DNA of 64,000 nucleotides, from positions 8,060,001-8,124,000 of the forward strand of contig CM102290.1 in NCBI GenBank assembly GCA_046563655.1, in the 5' to 3' direction. Source of the DNA: Yuukianura sp. NJ FZ-2021 (Eukaryota). The notes beneath the pieces were generated by a model, which saw only the letters and a program-made list of their open reading frames with translations, had not been told where the DNA came from and ran no database searches. The translations under genes and the position numbers were made by a program. This document shows positions 1-13,782 of this stretch, one piece after another (positions within the stretch are counted from its first letter, which is position 1; the number at the start of each line of letters is the position of its first letter).

Positions 1-983
1 ACAAGAAAGTCCAACATGCCACAAAATTAATTGAATCCAATCAATAATTCAAACTTTTCCGATTTTGGTTCGAAGGAAGAAAGTTTGAAAGTGATTGAAG
101 CTAGGCTAGCGGAAACTCTATTTCATTGCTCCAAGTAACTGTTGCTTGAACAAACAGTTTTTTACTATTAGTGTTTAATATGAGGGGTGGAAAAATGCTT
201 TAGGAACCCACATCGGATTACAAAACCTAACCGGTCCGTTATCAGTTTAAAGATAGCTTATGACAACAGAGAAAATCCGGAGAAAGCAAGAAGAAGTACA
301 TGCGTCATCCTCGTATTTATAACTGTCAAATTTTTTTAATTACCAATTTTTTGAAACTATTTTTAACTTTACACATCGCAAAAATTAACTAACATCAATG
401 TCTGAATAAAAAAAAACAACAACTTTTTTTTTGAAGAAAACAAGAGTGAAATTGTATAAGAGTAAGAACGGGTTCTAACGAAACCTTTTGTAATTTCTTT
501 GAATGGGAATCGTTGTACCAACTTTTGTAGAAATGTGGATATTACATACAAATGTGTTATGTTTTCGTGTAATTTAATATAAAATTGACGTGAAAAACTT
601 CACAATACGATTTGTTTCAAACTGATGAATTTTCCACCCTAGCCCACCCGTTCCTAAGAAAAACCAAAAACGCTTATGTAATTAATTCGGCACTCAACAT
701 GTCTTGATTTGTAACTTCATAAAATTCATCTGAAAAGTAAATATAGTTCTGACATGTGTCCGACAACTGTAACCCGCGTTGTCAAACTTGAAAAGCTACG
801 CGTAACTTGATACTGCTTGTGAAGAAAATTTTGACCACATTTTGTGAATTTAGGGAATGTACATAAGGAATATTGGTGTCAAAGTTTTTATTGCATCACC
901 GTGTTACTACTTCAAGTTTTTTACATTAATTGAAGCTGTCACTTTCATTTTTGGATGTTAATTGCTGTTTGTGCTTGTTTTAG

Positions 984-2284
984 TTTTGTGGAAAGGCTCC
1001 GAAGCTGTCACCCTGTGAGGCCCTAATGACCGCCTACACTAGCAAAACCATCTACTCCAAGTCTACTGAACAAAAGTTGGCACAGGTCGACCATATCCTA
1101 TGTACCTGTCCTGAAACACACAACTACGAATTGGCGGGCCAACCAAACTTTGCTGATGTGGACGCCGAGTCCGAACTGGTAGACGTTTCCTACGTCTGTG
1201 CTGCCGTAAGCCAACAAATTCAAATTTAATGTTGACTTGACTAACCTAACATATTACTAGCATAGCAGTAACATGTGCGCCAGGTACTCATTAAAGTAAA
1301 GTGGCATTTAATTGTAATGTTCCGCTCCTGTCGAAATCTCAAAATGTCAAAAAAATTGTGAGATGTGATTGGAACATCAATGCGCACATGCAACGAAACG
1401 GCGTCACTGTTCATAAGTAACCCATACTTGCTATGAGAAACTTTTCCAAAAAAAAATTGAAAACAGAAATTCAGAAGGAGAACAGGAATTTTTTTGAAGA
1501 ACATGAAGAATGTTTTAGCTACATTAGGAAAGTTTGAAAATTTTTTCCTACAGTGACATTGACTTGTTACTTCTCCCGCTTAGGTGTCATGGATCACGCA
1601 GTGTCATTTACGTTAATGGCCACTTGTTGTAGAACTCTAAGCAAAATTCTTTTAAACTATCTGAAAATAGAAGTTATTTGAGGAAACTTTGAAAATAGCC
1701 GAAAATAGCAATGAAATTGACACCGAAAAATTCCAGGGCTCAGTTTTCTTTGAGGAAAAAAAGAAAGTGGGAGAGAAAGTAACGTGGAATTTTTGAATGA
1801 CGGAGGTTGCGTTCGGTGTTTCGCAAACTATGATTTTTGAGTTAAAAAAATTCAAGGATATGAATGAAAACTCATTAGAAAGAAAGGAAGTATCGAGTGC
1901 ATTTCCGAAATCTGATGAAAACTTTGTTTTTACTATAAATAACTAAAAATGTGGCTGTTCCGATCCAATGAACTTCCCTCCATTTGAATGTTGTTTTTTT
2001 TTTTTGAATTTCTGAAATTCAAACCAACATACGAAACCGACTCAATTATTTTTCTGAAATTCTAACTTTCATTCATACTTTCTCTGTTTACTGATTTTCA
2101 GCTCTCTGTCTGTGGGCCAACTGACACTTGTAAATTCATCAGTGAAACAGCACGGAGTTTCATGGTACAACGGAAGTGTGACTGCCCCTCCAATCTTCGT
2201 TGTCCTACGCTCAGTGACAATGGAATTACTGAAACTGTTGCCATGGGCACTGGAGTCGTCCACTCGGTTCGTTGCCAGCGTTAA
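984..2284 (+). CDS. 3' part (last two exons, 984-1205 and 2102-2284) of a cysteine-rich Argos/giant-lens-like (scoloptoxin-11-like) protein; 5' exons not found in the window
   Basis: tttag|TTT at 984, GCC|gtaagc at 1205, tttcag|CTC at 2102, TAA at 2282-2284, both junctions phase 0. Joined peptide FCGKAPKLSPC..ILCTCPETH..SYVCAA|LSVCGPTDTCK..RKCDCPSNLRCP..VRCQR* has the Cys spacing (two CxCP motifs) I recall for the Argos C-terminal modules. Confidence 0.7.
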
Positions 2285-4281
2285 ATGATCCTCGCTGCCA
2301 GCGCTAAACGGCCCACAACTACCATTCTACTTCCCCTTATCGGAATCACAGCAGCAGCCGTAACTCTTCAAGAAAAAAAAATAACGTGGATATTGGCCCA
2401 TTTCAAATTTCATTGAAAATTTAGTTGAGTAGACTAAACATGACTGTTCGAACAGAACGAACAAGAGAGAGGTCGTATGAGCCAAGGCAGGATAATAATA
2501 AAATATGACATTTCCACCCCATTTCCCCTGAACAACTCCGCTACACAAGACTTTCAACTCATGTTATCCAGACTGTACATTTTTACATGCAGAAGGACGG
2601 GTTTCAACATGACACAAACCAAACAGCTTGGAAACAAAATGTCGTCCAACATGCTTACGTTTAAAACACTGTAAAGTTAGATTGTCCCTTGTCAAGAATG
2701 TGGAGTCTGGATAGGATATAAAAGTTTTCTTTTTGAAAGTTAAAACAGTTTGGGCGCTGTGCGACGAATACTGAAATACTAAAATGTTGAACCGAAAACA
2801 AAAATTTCAGGCATAAACATTACGTAGCTAACTTTACTTACTACGCTACTGCAGTTTTACTAGTCTAGTCGTTTAGAAATTTATTAAAACAATCATGTTC
2901 CCTTTCATCTCAAAATGCTTCTCTTAGATTCAAATAAAAATTGAGTTTTGATTTAAAAAAAAATGAGGAATTTTAACTACAACATGTTCCAAAAACTCAG
3001 AAATAAAACCGAACTGATGGCAAAGTTCTTACAATGTTGAATCAAATCGGATGGACTTTTTTTCTTGTTTTTGTCACAAATGTCTGCTGATTTTTTTAAA
3101 CTACTTTACCACTAGCGTTTGAACGCACGCGAATTCCTTTATCCGCTACCAACTTTATCCGCACAAGGCATAGTGCTGTCAACTTTTGAAAAAAAAAGTC
3201 AACAAGTTATAGCCCATGTTTTTTTTCAAATGCCATTATATGTTATCGACAACTATTAAATTCTGAAAACGAAAGGAATGATCATGACTTTCCCTAGGAG
3301 TGCAATTTACTAAATATTTATTATCAGGTAGTAATATATACTATCATGATTTATCAAATATGGAATGTTTATGTTCCAATTGGCTCGTATTCATGTTATC
3401 TTAACGTAACACTCAAAAGGAAGAGCTAAATATCGTGACCTGCAGTTTTCAAAGTTGGATCTGGCTTACAGAAGTTATTGCTTACAATTTTTTTCCTAAA
3501 ATTTTTATGATAATACAACATGGCTCAAATTCAACCTAGTTACACTACTTTTTAGTGCAATAAAATAACCTGAATTGTGCTAAAATAGTTTACATGATTT
3601 ATAATGATAAAATTGTGCGGAGTGTTTGATACTTTCGTTTGTTCATGATTGTTGTTAACAATTATGGAATTGTCGTTGGGAGAGTCACAGAGAGAGAGAG
3701 TCATTTTTGCAAGGAGAAAGCACGCGTAAAAGGCTTTGTGAGGATTCGTTTTGCCTGAATAGCCTAACATTCCGTTACCGTAATACATAATGTAATAGCG
3801 TATACATGGTGTAATAATAATGAAAGGCTGCTAATTCTCTAAGGCGAGCACATCACCCCAAAACCAATTTTGTCTAGTGACAAAAATTCAATTAAAGTTA
3901 CTTAACACCTAAGTTATATTAAACTACAGTTCCTTTTTTTTAAATATATAATTTAGCTGTACAGTTGCAGTGGCTAAAACTACTAACTTTCACTACAGAT
4001 AAAAATTTAAATTCACTCTAATAATTTAGTAACTAACACCATTGGTAACAGGATATGCGAGCCGCTCAAGTTAGTAGTATACTGGATGCTGCCGAGTACT
4101 AACTTATAAGAAAAAGTATCGGCACATTTTGATTATTGTAACTCGATAGACACGGGTCGGATTTTTGATACGAACAATTTCACATAAAATTATAAGTTGT
4201 GCATTTACACCTTATGACTAGAATAGTTGCTGCTTGCTAATAGCTTTGCCTATTAACTACACATAAAACATATTCAGTTAC

Positions 4282-7200
4282 TTACAGATCAACAATTAGA
4301 GATTTGCAATTCTGTTTTCTCTCTTCCAACAGTCTATTTTTTTCAGGATCTTCAGCATTCGACACATCAACATCCTTTCGTTGCAATTTGAAACTATCTT
4401 TGATTTTTTTAGGGTGAAAATAATTTGCTAATTTACCCAAGGGAGCAAGGACAGCTTCCTTCTTAAACTGCATGTTTCCCCTGGTATGAGCAAAACGTTG
4501 TGCTGGCTCGGCGCCCTTAATTGAACTTTCACTATGTGCACCTTTAAGACTATTCGCTAAGGACGCGGAAATGTCCTGGTCAGAAGTGGAGCGACCAGTT
4601 TCAGTACAAATTGGGCGAAGATTTGAGCCCATTAGGACAGGGCCATGAAGAAATGATGATGCGGATACAATGTCAGGATTCATTAACTTAACATCTTCAG
4701 TCGATTTGCACAAGCGCAGTGGGGCAGCGATAGGATTCAAATAGCCAGCTTCAAAACGACGCGGTTCTGTTAGTGTAATTTCCGGTGTAACCGGAGTTTG
4801 ACCTCCAACGCGTGGACTTAGCGTAGGTGTCAGGGACGAGGTGGGAAGAGAATACCTTGGCGCTTGCAGACTAGAGATGTAGGATAGTCGATCCGAACCT
4901 GGCAGATCGTTAGAGTCTTTTGGTTGTTGCCCTACTTTTAATGCTACAGGAAATACTGATGGTTCAGTACGATCGGTAAGACCAGTTGAATACTGACAAA
5001 GAAATGAAGGTGAAAATGGGTAGCCAGGCCTTTCTAGTGTGACTGCTGGAACAATTATTAGTCCACAGCTCGGCAGCACCAAGTCCATATTTCTAGTCGA
5101 CTGAAACCCTTGAGGTATTATTAGCTTCGGAACGATCAAGTCAAGTCTAATGCTGTCTTGGGGCATGCTGGAAATTGTGCTGGTGATGTTGGTGCTTCTG
5201 GCATCATCCTGCTCAACCTACAAATTGGGTCAAAGTTTACACGGTTCTGTATTAAGATCAGATCAATGTTTAGATGCAGAAGCAAGGAAGTACAGGAAGC
5301 AAGGATACAGGAAGGGGAGGATTTAGCAATTTAGTTTAATAAGTTCTAACTACACGAATAAAGCAGAGTAACTTGTTAGTAACGTTTGGAAAAGGTGAAG
5401 CCATTAGGCAATGGTACAGCAGAAACTGCAACGACTTTTTGGTTTAACTACCTTTATGTCAATTATGTTAGGGCCGTCACTGCTAGTCGCAGCTTCTTCA
5501 CGTCTAGCCTCATCCGCGGCTGCGGAACGGCGAAAGTAGCGTGGTGTAAACTTCTCAAAGGACCTTTCCATTTTCATATTTCCTATAAACATAAAACAAA
5601 ATCAGCAATCACGTGATATGTTAAAGCATAGATGACAATAAATTTGTACTAACTTTGTGAAGCTTTTTGGCTCAATTCCTCTGATTGGTTGAAATTCAAA
5701 TACCGCTGTGCCCAAGAAGTACTTCCAGTTCCCACCGAAGATGTGGAATCCCTGGACTCAGCTAGCGTTGGTAAGTTCACGATACGCCCAACACTCTTAA
5801 CCGCAACAGGATTCCCTTGCATCGTAGCTCCGATTTGAAAAGTATCACCAATCACAGACAAACAATCTACAAAAAACAGAAACAAGGTGATTTTGAAAAT
5901 ACTAGCCAGAACTAAATACTTACGCGACATCTCATCAGGTTGTTGAATTGGAACACAGACATTGTTGAAGAACCGCATGTTTGATGAACGAAATTGGTGA
6001 TAGCGTTTAGCTCCGGATGTCATGTAAGTAATTCGTAAGCTTGGAACTTGGTTGCTTGGTTTGATATGTGACGAACTTGTAAACATGCCCAGAAGTCCTG
6101 GAGATGGGTTCAATACCTCAAAGCCGAGCTCAATCGATATCACGGCAGTTAACTTCACCTTTTCTGTAGTTGCAATGCTGTCTAACATGCAGTCATACCT
6201 ACAATAACGTCGATTAACAAGTACTCAGTTGTAGGAATAAACCACACAGGAAATCGTTAGGTCCCTTACCCAGTGACATAATACGCGGTTTCTGTCAAGA
6301 TAACAATGGTGTCAACATCAACGGCACTGGTGTCATTCTCTCTGCAATCAGACACAAATATACTTTTTAGTCCATGAACGTGTCACTAATAAAGCACAAT
6401 GTTCAAATGTTCAATGTTACTTCGCGTTTATGAGTCCCCAAGAACCAAGAACGACATCGAATTTCGGGACGACACATTTTATAGTGTCTTCTATGACTGC
6501 TTTCAACTGCTCTGCAGTAGACTCCTTATCGTCAACCGACTTTTCGTTTTCGAATTCATCTTCAGACACGACGTACTTTTTTTTACCTACAATCAAAGGA
6601 AGATTTAGAATATTCTGAACTCATTGAAAACCATGCTGCTATAATTACCGAGAAGGATATCGATGACCACTTGACGTGTCGAGTCACGGAATCTGTTCAA
6701 GTAGTACCTAAACAACAATTGATTAAACATCCTTTTTAAAACAATTTTAATTATTTTCTAAAATTAAAAAATGTAAAGTTCGCAGCGCTTTACCTGTTAG
6801 CGGAGTTAACCCCGTCTTTTAATGCCCCAGCAATTCGTCTTTCTCCAGTTCTGGTATAGTCTCCCTAAATCAATATAATGCAACGTTAGATTAGATGAAT
6901 AATAACCAGTTTAATGCCTGTCACAAACCTTCAGGGCGCTGGTTCCTGCATACTGCTTGCTTATTGTATCTCCATTATTCGCCCAAAGATTTTGCAAACA
7001 CTTCCTCAGTACATTCGGAAGCCCGAATTCCGGAGACCTAAAAAACACCATAATGTTTTTCTTTACATTGAAAAAGTCGTTTTAATCTAAGTAGTAGTTG
7101 AAACAGGAGCATTCAGGCTTACACAAGACCAAGTTTGCACATCTGACCGCAAAGAACGTGTCTAGCAATAGCAGACTAAAACATTTTGAAGTTACGAAAA

Positions 7201-9325
7201 TTATAAACTGATGTAGCACCTTAAAATGAACATGAAATGAGCCTATAACTTGCCTGCACAACGTTCGTTCTGTCGAGGCAATCCACGCAGTTCACTCTAC
7301 AGACTCCAGTTTGAGTTTGAACAATCCCGTAAGAATCCACCCAGCAATAATTCATAGCTTTGACTTTGTCGTCTAACTTCTCAATCAGTATTTTGACATT
7401 TTCAAAGTGCATCCCACGACTGAAAAAAAAACAGAATAAACTAGCATTATTTCGGGAACTTGATCATGTTATTCTCATATTATTCTACTACACTCATATT
7501 ACTCTCTGTTCCTGTATTTTACTCACCAGTTCTCGTGAAAGTCGAACGTGTAATACGACAACTCCGGAGAGTTGTGCCGTAGAACATTTTCTAGAAATGC
7601 GTCGCCCAGTACTTTTTCCTTCCCTGATTTATCCATCAGGTTTATGATTACGATGGGACCATAGATTGTACCTGCAACATAACTGCAAAACGTCAATTCC
7701 ACCAAGTCATCCTTATGAATGATAATACAAGCCATAAGAATACACAGGCTTTTACCTAGGTCTTCGATATGATTTCGAAATGCAGCATAATTGTCTTCAT
7801 TGCCTGAAAAAAAAACCATCTCATTTCACCACGATTTCTTTTTATTGTATTGAAAGTGATTAAAATTGTGGGTGAATTTACTTCGTTCTAGACGGAGTGG
7901 TGGGCGATACCGTACGCCTGGTTGACTCCAGTATAATGGAACTGATCCCCTTATAAGAACAAACGAAATAATGTGCTTCTTGAAAACCATTATTTGTTCA
8001 GTTTCAACATAATTAGCAACGTTTCCGCTATCGTCAATTCCACGCTTCAGGTATCGAGTCCCAGCCCTGTAGCGGCTTCGTCTTGAGATTAGCCAAATAT
8101 CTAATGATCCGTGAATCTGAAAAAAAAAATCAAATAAACGAGGTGCAGCAATGCTATAAGGTTACAAAGCGTTGTAGCTGGTGTCCAGGGATACTAATTT
8201 TGAGAAAGTGAGAACTTTCGTAATAATCACTTACGTTTATGATACCCGGGCCCACCGGATCAAAGAGATGGTCCATAGTACAACGTTGATGCTGAACAAA
8301 GCCTTGGATGACAGGAATTATCCAACACGGTTCGATTGATTCCTAAAATGTGAGTACGAGTCATAGCAGAGTAAAAAAACATTAATAAATGCTACAGAAT
8401 TAGTCTTCTCTTCTTACTATAACTTTCCGTACCTTGTTTTGAATCAAGCCTGACAGCATATACTGATTCCAGAAGAATCGTGGATCCGCTCCATACCAAA
8501 GTGGCAATTTTTCTTGGTCTTTCAATTTGTCAGCTCTCAATGTTTGGCGTTGAATGGAATTCGTGAGATCGTAGTCATTAGAGTAATAGAAAGAGTCCGA
8601 CTCGCTAAACATTTTATAGAATTCTTCCAGCATCCGTCTTTCTACTTTGTCATCCCTAGTAAATGAAACAAAAGTTCGACTTTAAATCACTACCCACTCA
8701 CGATATCTCACAACTCTACTTACTTCTCATTTTTTTTCAGAGAGTTTTGATTGCTCTCTGGTTGCGATGTCAGGGTAGTCGGCCTAACTTTTACTGCGCC
8801 AGCTTTCCCTGTGACATTTTCATCACGTTTGGAAACATGGGAATTGCAATTGCAAGGTTCGAGCGCCAACTCTTCATCTCCTTCCATTGGAATGGCGACA
8901 ACTCCCTTAATTTTGTATACATCGTATCCCTTCAATTTCCCAACAACGTATCGTTCTCTGATGAAAACAAGCCTGGGCGAACAGTCTAAAATGTATATCA
9001 TCACAAATAATAATCAAATCTTCATACTTATAAGAAATTCAGGTGAAACAGAAACATACTTTTAGCAAATTGTACTTTCCCCATAAATCCGTGTACAATC
9101 CCTAAGCATGAGGCACGACTGCCCCGTTCTTCTTTAGCAGACCCTGAAATAAAGTTACAGAAATTCACAATAAACGGCAATTTATTGCTCATATTAGCAT
9201 AACGTAGTAGAAAGAAGTCGATTCTTACCAATTTTGGAATAGAACTGAGAAGTACGTCGATTTATGCACAGACTCTTGTTTCCATTGACGAGGATGAAAT
9301 GCGAATCGGTAGAAAAAAGTTCCAT
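4282..9325 (-). CDS. INPP5F: Phosphatidylinositide phosphatase SAC2 (Sac domain, hSac2 region, low-complexity C-terminus), multi-exon
   Basis: Start MELFSTDSHFILVNG at 9325 resembles human SAC2 MELFQAKDHYIL. Exons give SDSFYYSNDYDLTNSIQR, RFFWN, LISRRSRYRAGTRYLKRG, RGSVPLYWSQPG, the catalytic CX5RT motif RVNCVDCLDRTNVVQ and WANNGDTISKQYAGT. Stop at 4282-4284. Confidence 0.95.
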
Positions 9326-10337
9326 TTTCGAACGTTTTGTGTCCAATTAATTCTATCAGCTTTCCTGCTTTTCAGTCTGGAACAATCAAAATAGGAATGA
9401 GTTGAAGAGGAGTAGTTTAATTTGGTATGTATAAGAATCCAAATAAATATTTACCTTTCTCGACCTCGCAGTTTTAGACTAAAACTTTCAGTACCAAGCA
9501 ATGAACTGCGATATGACGAGTTACACTTAATGGTTAATCCCTTTTCCGTCTTATGAAATAATCGCGTCCATTATCGAAAATTTTGGCAGAGACATGCAAG
9601 AGCCAGTTGACATTTGAGTGGGTCAAGTCCAAGCGAAGTACAGGAAGTCGATTAATTGGACAAGTTGACAAGTATTTGCGTCACTCTTACTCTTCAATGT
9701 TCAGTCATGTCAGCTGAGGGAACGCCCTGTTAATTGATACGATAACTTGTAATATAAAGCGTTTAATTGAATAGCAACTTACGTAAGATCAAATCTACTT
9801 AAATTACTTGAAGATAACCTTACCGAACGCCGAGGGTTCAACTAACCCAAAAGAGGGTTCGGCACAAACCTAAAATTATCCAAAAAAAATAACGGGATCT
9901 TACATTTTGCGCGAATTCAAACTGTCACAAACAAACAACAGCAGAGGTAAGTGGGCGGAAACACGGAAACGCACATTTCTCATCTGACATTTACCAAAAA
10001 TTAAAAAAAGTGACTTTATTTTGAAATTTTGCACTTGCGATTTTGCAAAAATACCAAGAATCCTTTGTCAAATTTCATTTCGATAGAATGACACAACACA
10101 CTGGACACCCATCAAATAGTGGAAAAAGCTTTGATCACCCGTTTTAAAGTGAAATAATTTTAATTAGTAGTTCGTTTCATTTTCATTGCTCGCATTTTGA
10201 TTATATTATTTATATTTATTGTGTATATTATATATTATAGAAAAAGTCCCTAATGTGAGTGTTCTTAACACATTAAATTAACTATAGGTGCGCCCTCAAT
10301 TTAGTCAAATTACAGAAACAATATTATCAGAACTGTT

Positions 10338-10435
10338 GGGTTGAGGTAGCCACACAATGTTGCCACTCCGCCAGTTTTAGTGGCTACAATGGGTGGCTAC
10401 ACTGTGTAGCAACTTACGTTGCCACTTTACGTACC
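10338..10435. mobile_element. Short dispersed repeat/MITE-like element; related copy in opposite orientation at about 39138-39252
   Basis: GG...CC ends flanked by gaactgtt/gaactgtc (7/8 direct repeat), internal inverted gtagccac/gtggctac motifs. Its reverse complement gtggcaacgtaagttgctacacagtgtagc matches atggtaacataagttgccacacagtgtagc at 39141. Confidence 0.55.
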
Positions 10436-10857
10436 GAACTGTCGTAATTTATTGTTTTCATTGCCCATATGAGATACTCGTCAATTTTTTGAAGATGAGT
10501 GAGTTGTGTGTTTTAGTCAGACTCCAATATTTGTAAACATTGTGGAGTTTAGCAGTTATGATGATGATGCTTGTCATTTAGTGAGTGATCAGCTGGTACA
10601 TCAGTACCACAGAAGTCAATTAGAAATTGCAATTTCTAATTAGTATCTCCAAGCAACAAACCTGAGACTGGTAAGTGAAACCTAGTGTACTTCACCTTCT
10701 TAAATTCACTTACGGACCGTAAGTTACGGTAATGCACGACTATCACTCGATTCAAGTATTCTTAGTGTAATTTTTCTTCTTTTTCTGGTGTATTTTTTTT
10801 TATTTTAAATGTGTTTAAACAGGTTAGCTAATTTTTGTGTTTGTTGGAACAGCGGTG

Positions 10858-13782
10858 ATGCACCCCGAAGACCGTGTACGTATTCTTTTGCGGGATCTCG
10901 GACGACCCACCAGAAGAGGCGTTCGGAAATGTCACAAATGTGGAACTGTAACCGGAACCAGAGGGAGGTCTTGCAAAAACCCAGCATGTGATGTCGTATT
11001 CAAAGAAGGTGGATATCAAAAGAAAAGCATAACAGATGAAGGAGCTTGCAGAATTGCTCTTCAGTCCCAACACTGTCGGGTACTGCATATGATATAAACT
11101 TGTCATTCGTTTTTCAGTGATCAAATTGTAAGTTTGTTGTTATTCTTCAGGTGTATTCTGTCCGGTCGTATCATAGAGGCCCAGGTATTTCAAAATTGGA
11201 GTATAGCACGCTTGAATTCAAATTTTATGTCACGCTTAAATTCAAATTTTATGTCAGTAACCTTTTTTTTTTCTCTCAGACTATCGAACTTTTGTACAAC
11301 TACCGCTTCAGGAATCCAATATTTGCATTTCTTCGGCTACATCTCAATCAAATAAGTCGTTGAGTTTTGGATCAAGGTGTTATTTAGAGGCCTGTAGCGG
11401 AAATAAGGCCGTAAGCAAAATGACGATTAATAGTAATGTATTTTAGGAAATGTTTTCTATTTCGCATGATATTTTGGTGATGATTTGTTACTTTTTATTA
11501 TGCTTGTAGTTCCCGTGTTCTCACATAAAAGCTGCTGAAGAATGCAGACGAGATTCTGAAAGAATTTTTGTGAAGGAGTCCGTAATTTCCACAATAAGTG
11601 TTCCAAACGAAGCCAAGCAGGTAAACTTTTGGCCAAGTATTTAATTTGAATTAAAACAATCTGGGTTGAATTAGTGTTACTTGTGGATTACGACTTACAG
11701 GTTCTATCAGGTCTTGTCTGTCAAATGCCCGACTTGTTGGTACAGAGGTGTTCGTCGCAAACATTTGTGGTGAACTGCGGGATGACATCTAGGTATCCCT
11801 TTGGATGTTGCCATATGCTGTTCCTCAAAGTAAACAAAGACGACGGTATCAATGAGCAAAGGTTTCTCTGCTCCTGTCAACCAGTAAAATTGATTGTGCG
11901 TTTTACACAATTGTGATGCCTGGCAGCTAGCTCGCTGTTCTAAATTATTTTTTTATTTTGTAGCGCCGCTCGCATAATGGGTTCGGAGATGCGAGCGCTG
12001 ATTGTACGAACAAGTATTGCCTTCACTACTTCGCCTGTGTGTATGCCTTCGCCAGCGATGAGGAGCTTTCTGTAGAGTTTGGTTGTTTTCTTTCTCAAGC
12101 GTTTGAAGTATATCCAGGTAAGTACAAGCTTTGGTTTCATAATTAGTTTAATTGGTTTTGTTCTATAGCAACTATTTTAGGTAACCTACGTTCAGCGACC
12201 GTTGAGACGACGGGAAATGATTCTACGTCGCAAGAGGAAGAATCACCGGAACAGCACAGTCAAATATCTGTGGAGATAATGAGGGAAAACCTTTGCCTGC
12301 TGGAAAGCATTGCTGCAGTAGATGACTCGTCGCCAGAGGTTAACACTTTTCTTCTTTTTTCATTATGCTGTCGTAATACCAATTTCTGTTCGAAAATAGA
12401 TTCAAACTACACAGTGTTCACTTTCCGAACATACTCCAATTACAAACACGGAAGATGCTCTCAGTTTCGGGGAATCATCAACCCTGGATTCTCTTGACGA
12501 AGACGATCCAAATTGTGCCACTCATCTTACACATATTTCAGAAATTCTGGATTCATCTACTCAGAACTCACAAGCACGTGAAATCCATAATTTTCATTTG
12601 AAATAAAGTCCTTGGGAGTTAACGCCTGCTTTGTTTTTAAACAGGATTGTCAAATGATGAATTCTACAACAGCACTGTCTGGAACAGAAAGCGAACGGAA
12701 TGCGAAATCTCAACCAAAGCAGTATAAGGGAACTTTTTCTCAAAATTCTTCATCTCGGTCTAAGCGAACAAAGTCGAACGTGTCTTCAACGTATATTCGT
12801 CGGAAGAGAACAAACGTCGTTTTGAAAGGAACAAACGATCCTCAGCGTCAGCAGCATCCTGTAGATTTAGGCGAAGGTTCTCGCTGCGTAATTGATCAAG
12901 CTAGTCTTTTTACCAATGCCTCGGAACCAGAAGGTGTGAGCAACACTTTGCAGAAATTGATATTGCGTGGACAGTTTGAGGCATGGCTAGCAGGCCTCAA
13001 CGGAAGGTTAAACGCAGTAATGAACTACCAACTGCAAGAAGCATGTTCCGTTGTCGAGTATGTTTCTCATGTAAGTTGACAATTCACCAACTTTAAAAAA
13101 GAATAACTCCCAACTTTTTTTCATTGTAGGAAATTTTCCAATTCCTAAAGGAACGTATAATTGATGTATGTAAAAGGAAGTCCCACGGAGTACTGATTAC
13201 GCGCACAGACAAATCGCCTGTAGGTTCCTTCCGAAAGTTTACTTGGAAAATCACCAGCATTATCCAGCTACTGGGCATTTTTGAGTCGTCTCAGGTACGA
13301 ATTTGGATTTACATTTGCTGGAATGAATTTCTTCAGATGGATTTTTTAAACTTAGCTCCCGTTGAAGCTCCATCAGTTTTTTGTTCAAACTCCAGGAGGA
13401 ATGTTCAAGGAGTGGATTCCACCTAAAGATGAAAAGAAATCCCGTCGGAAACAAATTCTGCCTGTACTTCATTGCACAAAAATCAAAATTGGTATGTTTC
13501 ACATCTTCGCCTCAAACTGCGAGTATATTTCAGTGACCTCTTGAGGAAGTTTTATTGTATTTTTTCAATCGTTTAGGAAAACTCGACAGCAAAGACTGGG
13601 AAATGACACCGTTTTTAATCGAATGGATTCCGCATATTCTGCCTGGGACCTCCGTGGGTGAACTGTCGATTAACTTTTTCGTAACACATGCTGGACCAAT
13701 TCAGACTGAAGAGGAACGTAAAGCTTGTATTGCGCCAATTCAAAGAATTATTCAACAGAGTCAAACGTCATCCAATGCTTGA
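10858..13782 (+). CDS. C2orf42: C2orf42-like uncharacterised protein with N-terminal treble-clef zinc finger (zf-tcix), multi-exon
   Basis: LRDLGRPTRRGVRKCHKCGTVTGTRGRSCKNPAC, VYSVRSYHRGP|DYRTFV, SRCYLEAC..FPCSHIK, LVQRC..RFLCSC, CTNKYCLHYFACVYAFASDE and FLIEWIPHILPGTSVGELSINF follow the order of motifs in human C2orf42. Splice sites are canonical where checked. Confidence 0.9.
11207..11254. repeat. 24-bp tandem duplication in a C2orf42 intron
   Basis: cacgcttgaattcaaattttatgt followed by cacgcttaaattcaaattttatgt (1 mismatch). Confidence 0.9.

Noticed and set aside
3960..4075. Patchy similarity to 37865-37935
   Set aside because: Only short non-collinear words match, which is insufficient to call a repeat family.
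10618..10641. Perfect 24-bp palindrome aattagaaattgcaatttctaatt, within a stretch bounded by ATGATGA and CTGA (C/D snoRNA-like)
   Set aside because: AT-rich, no terminal stem or recognisable guide, and it lies just before a splice donor, so it is probably 5' UTR exon sequence.
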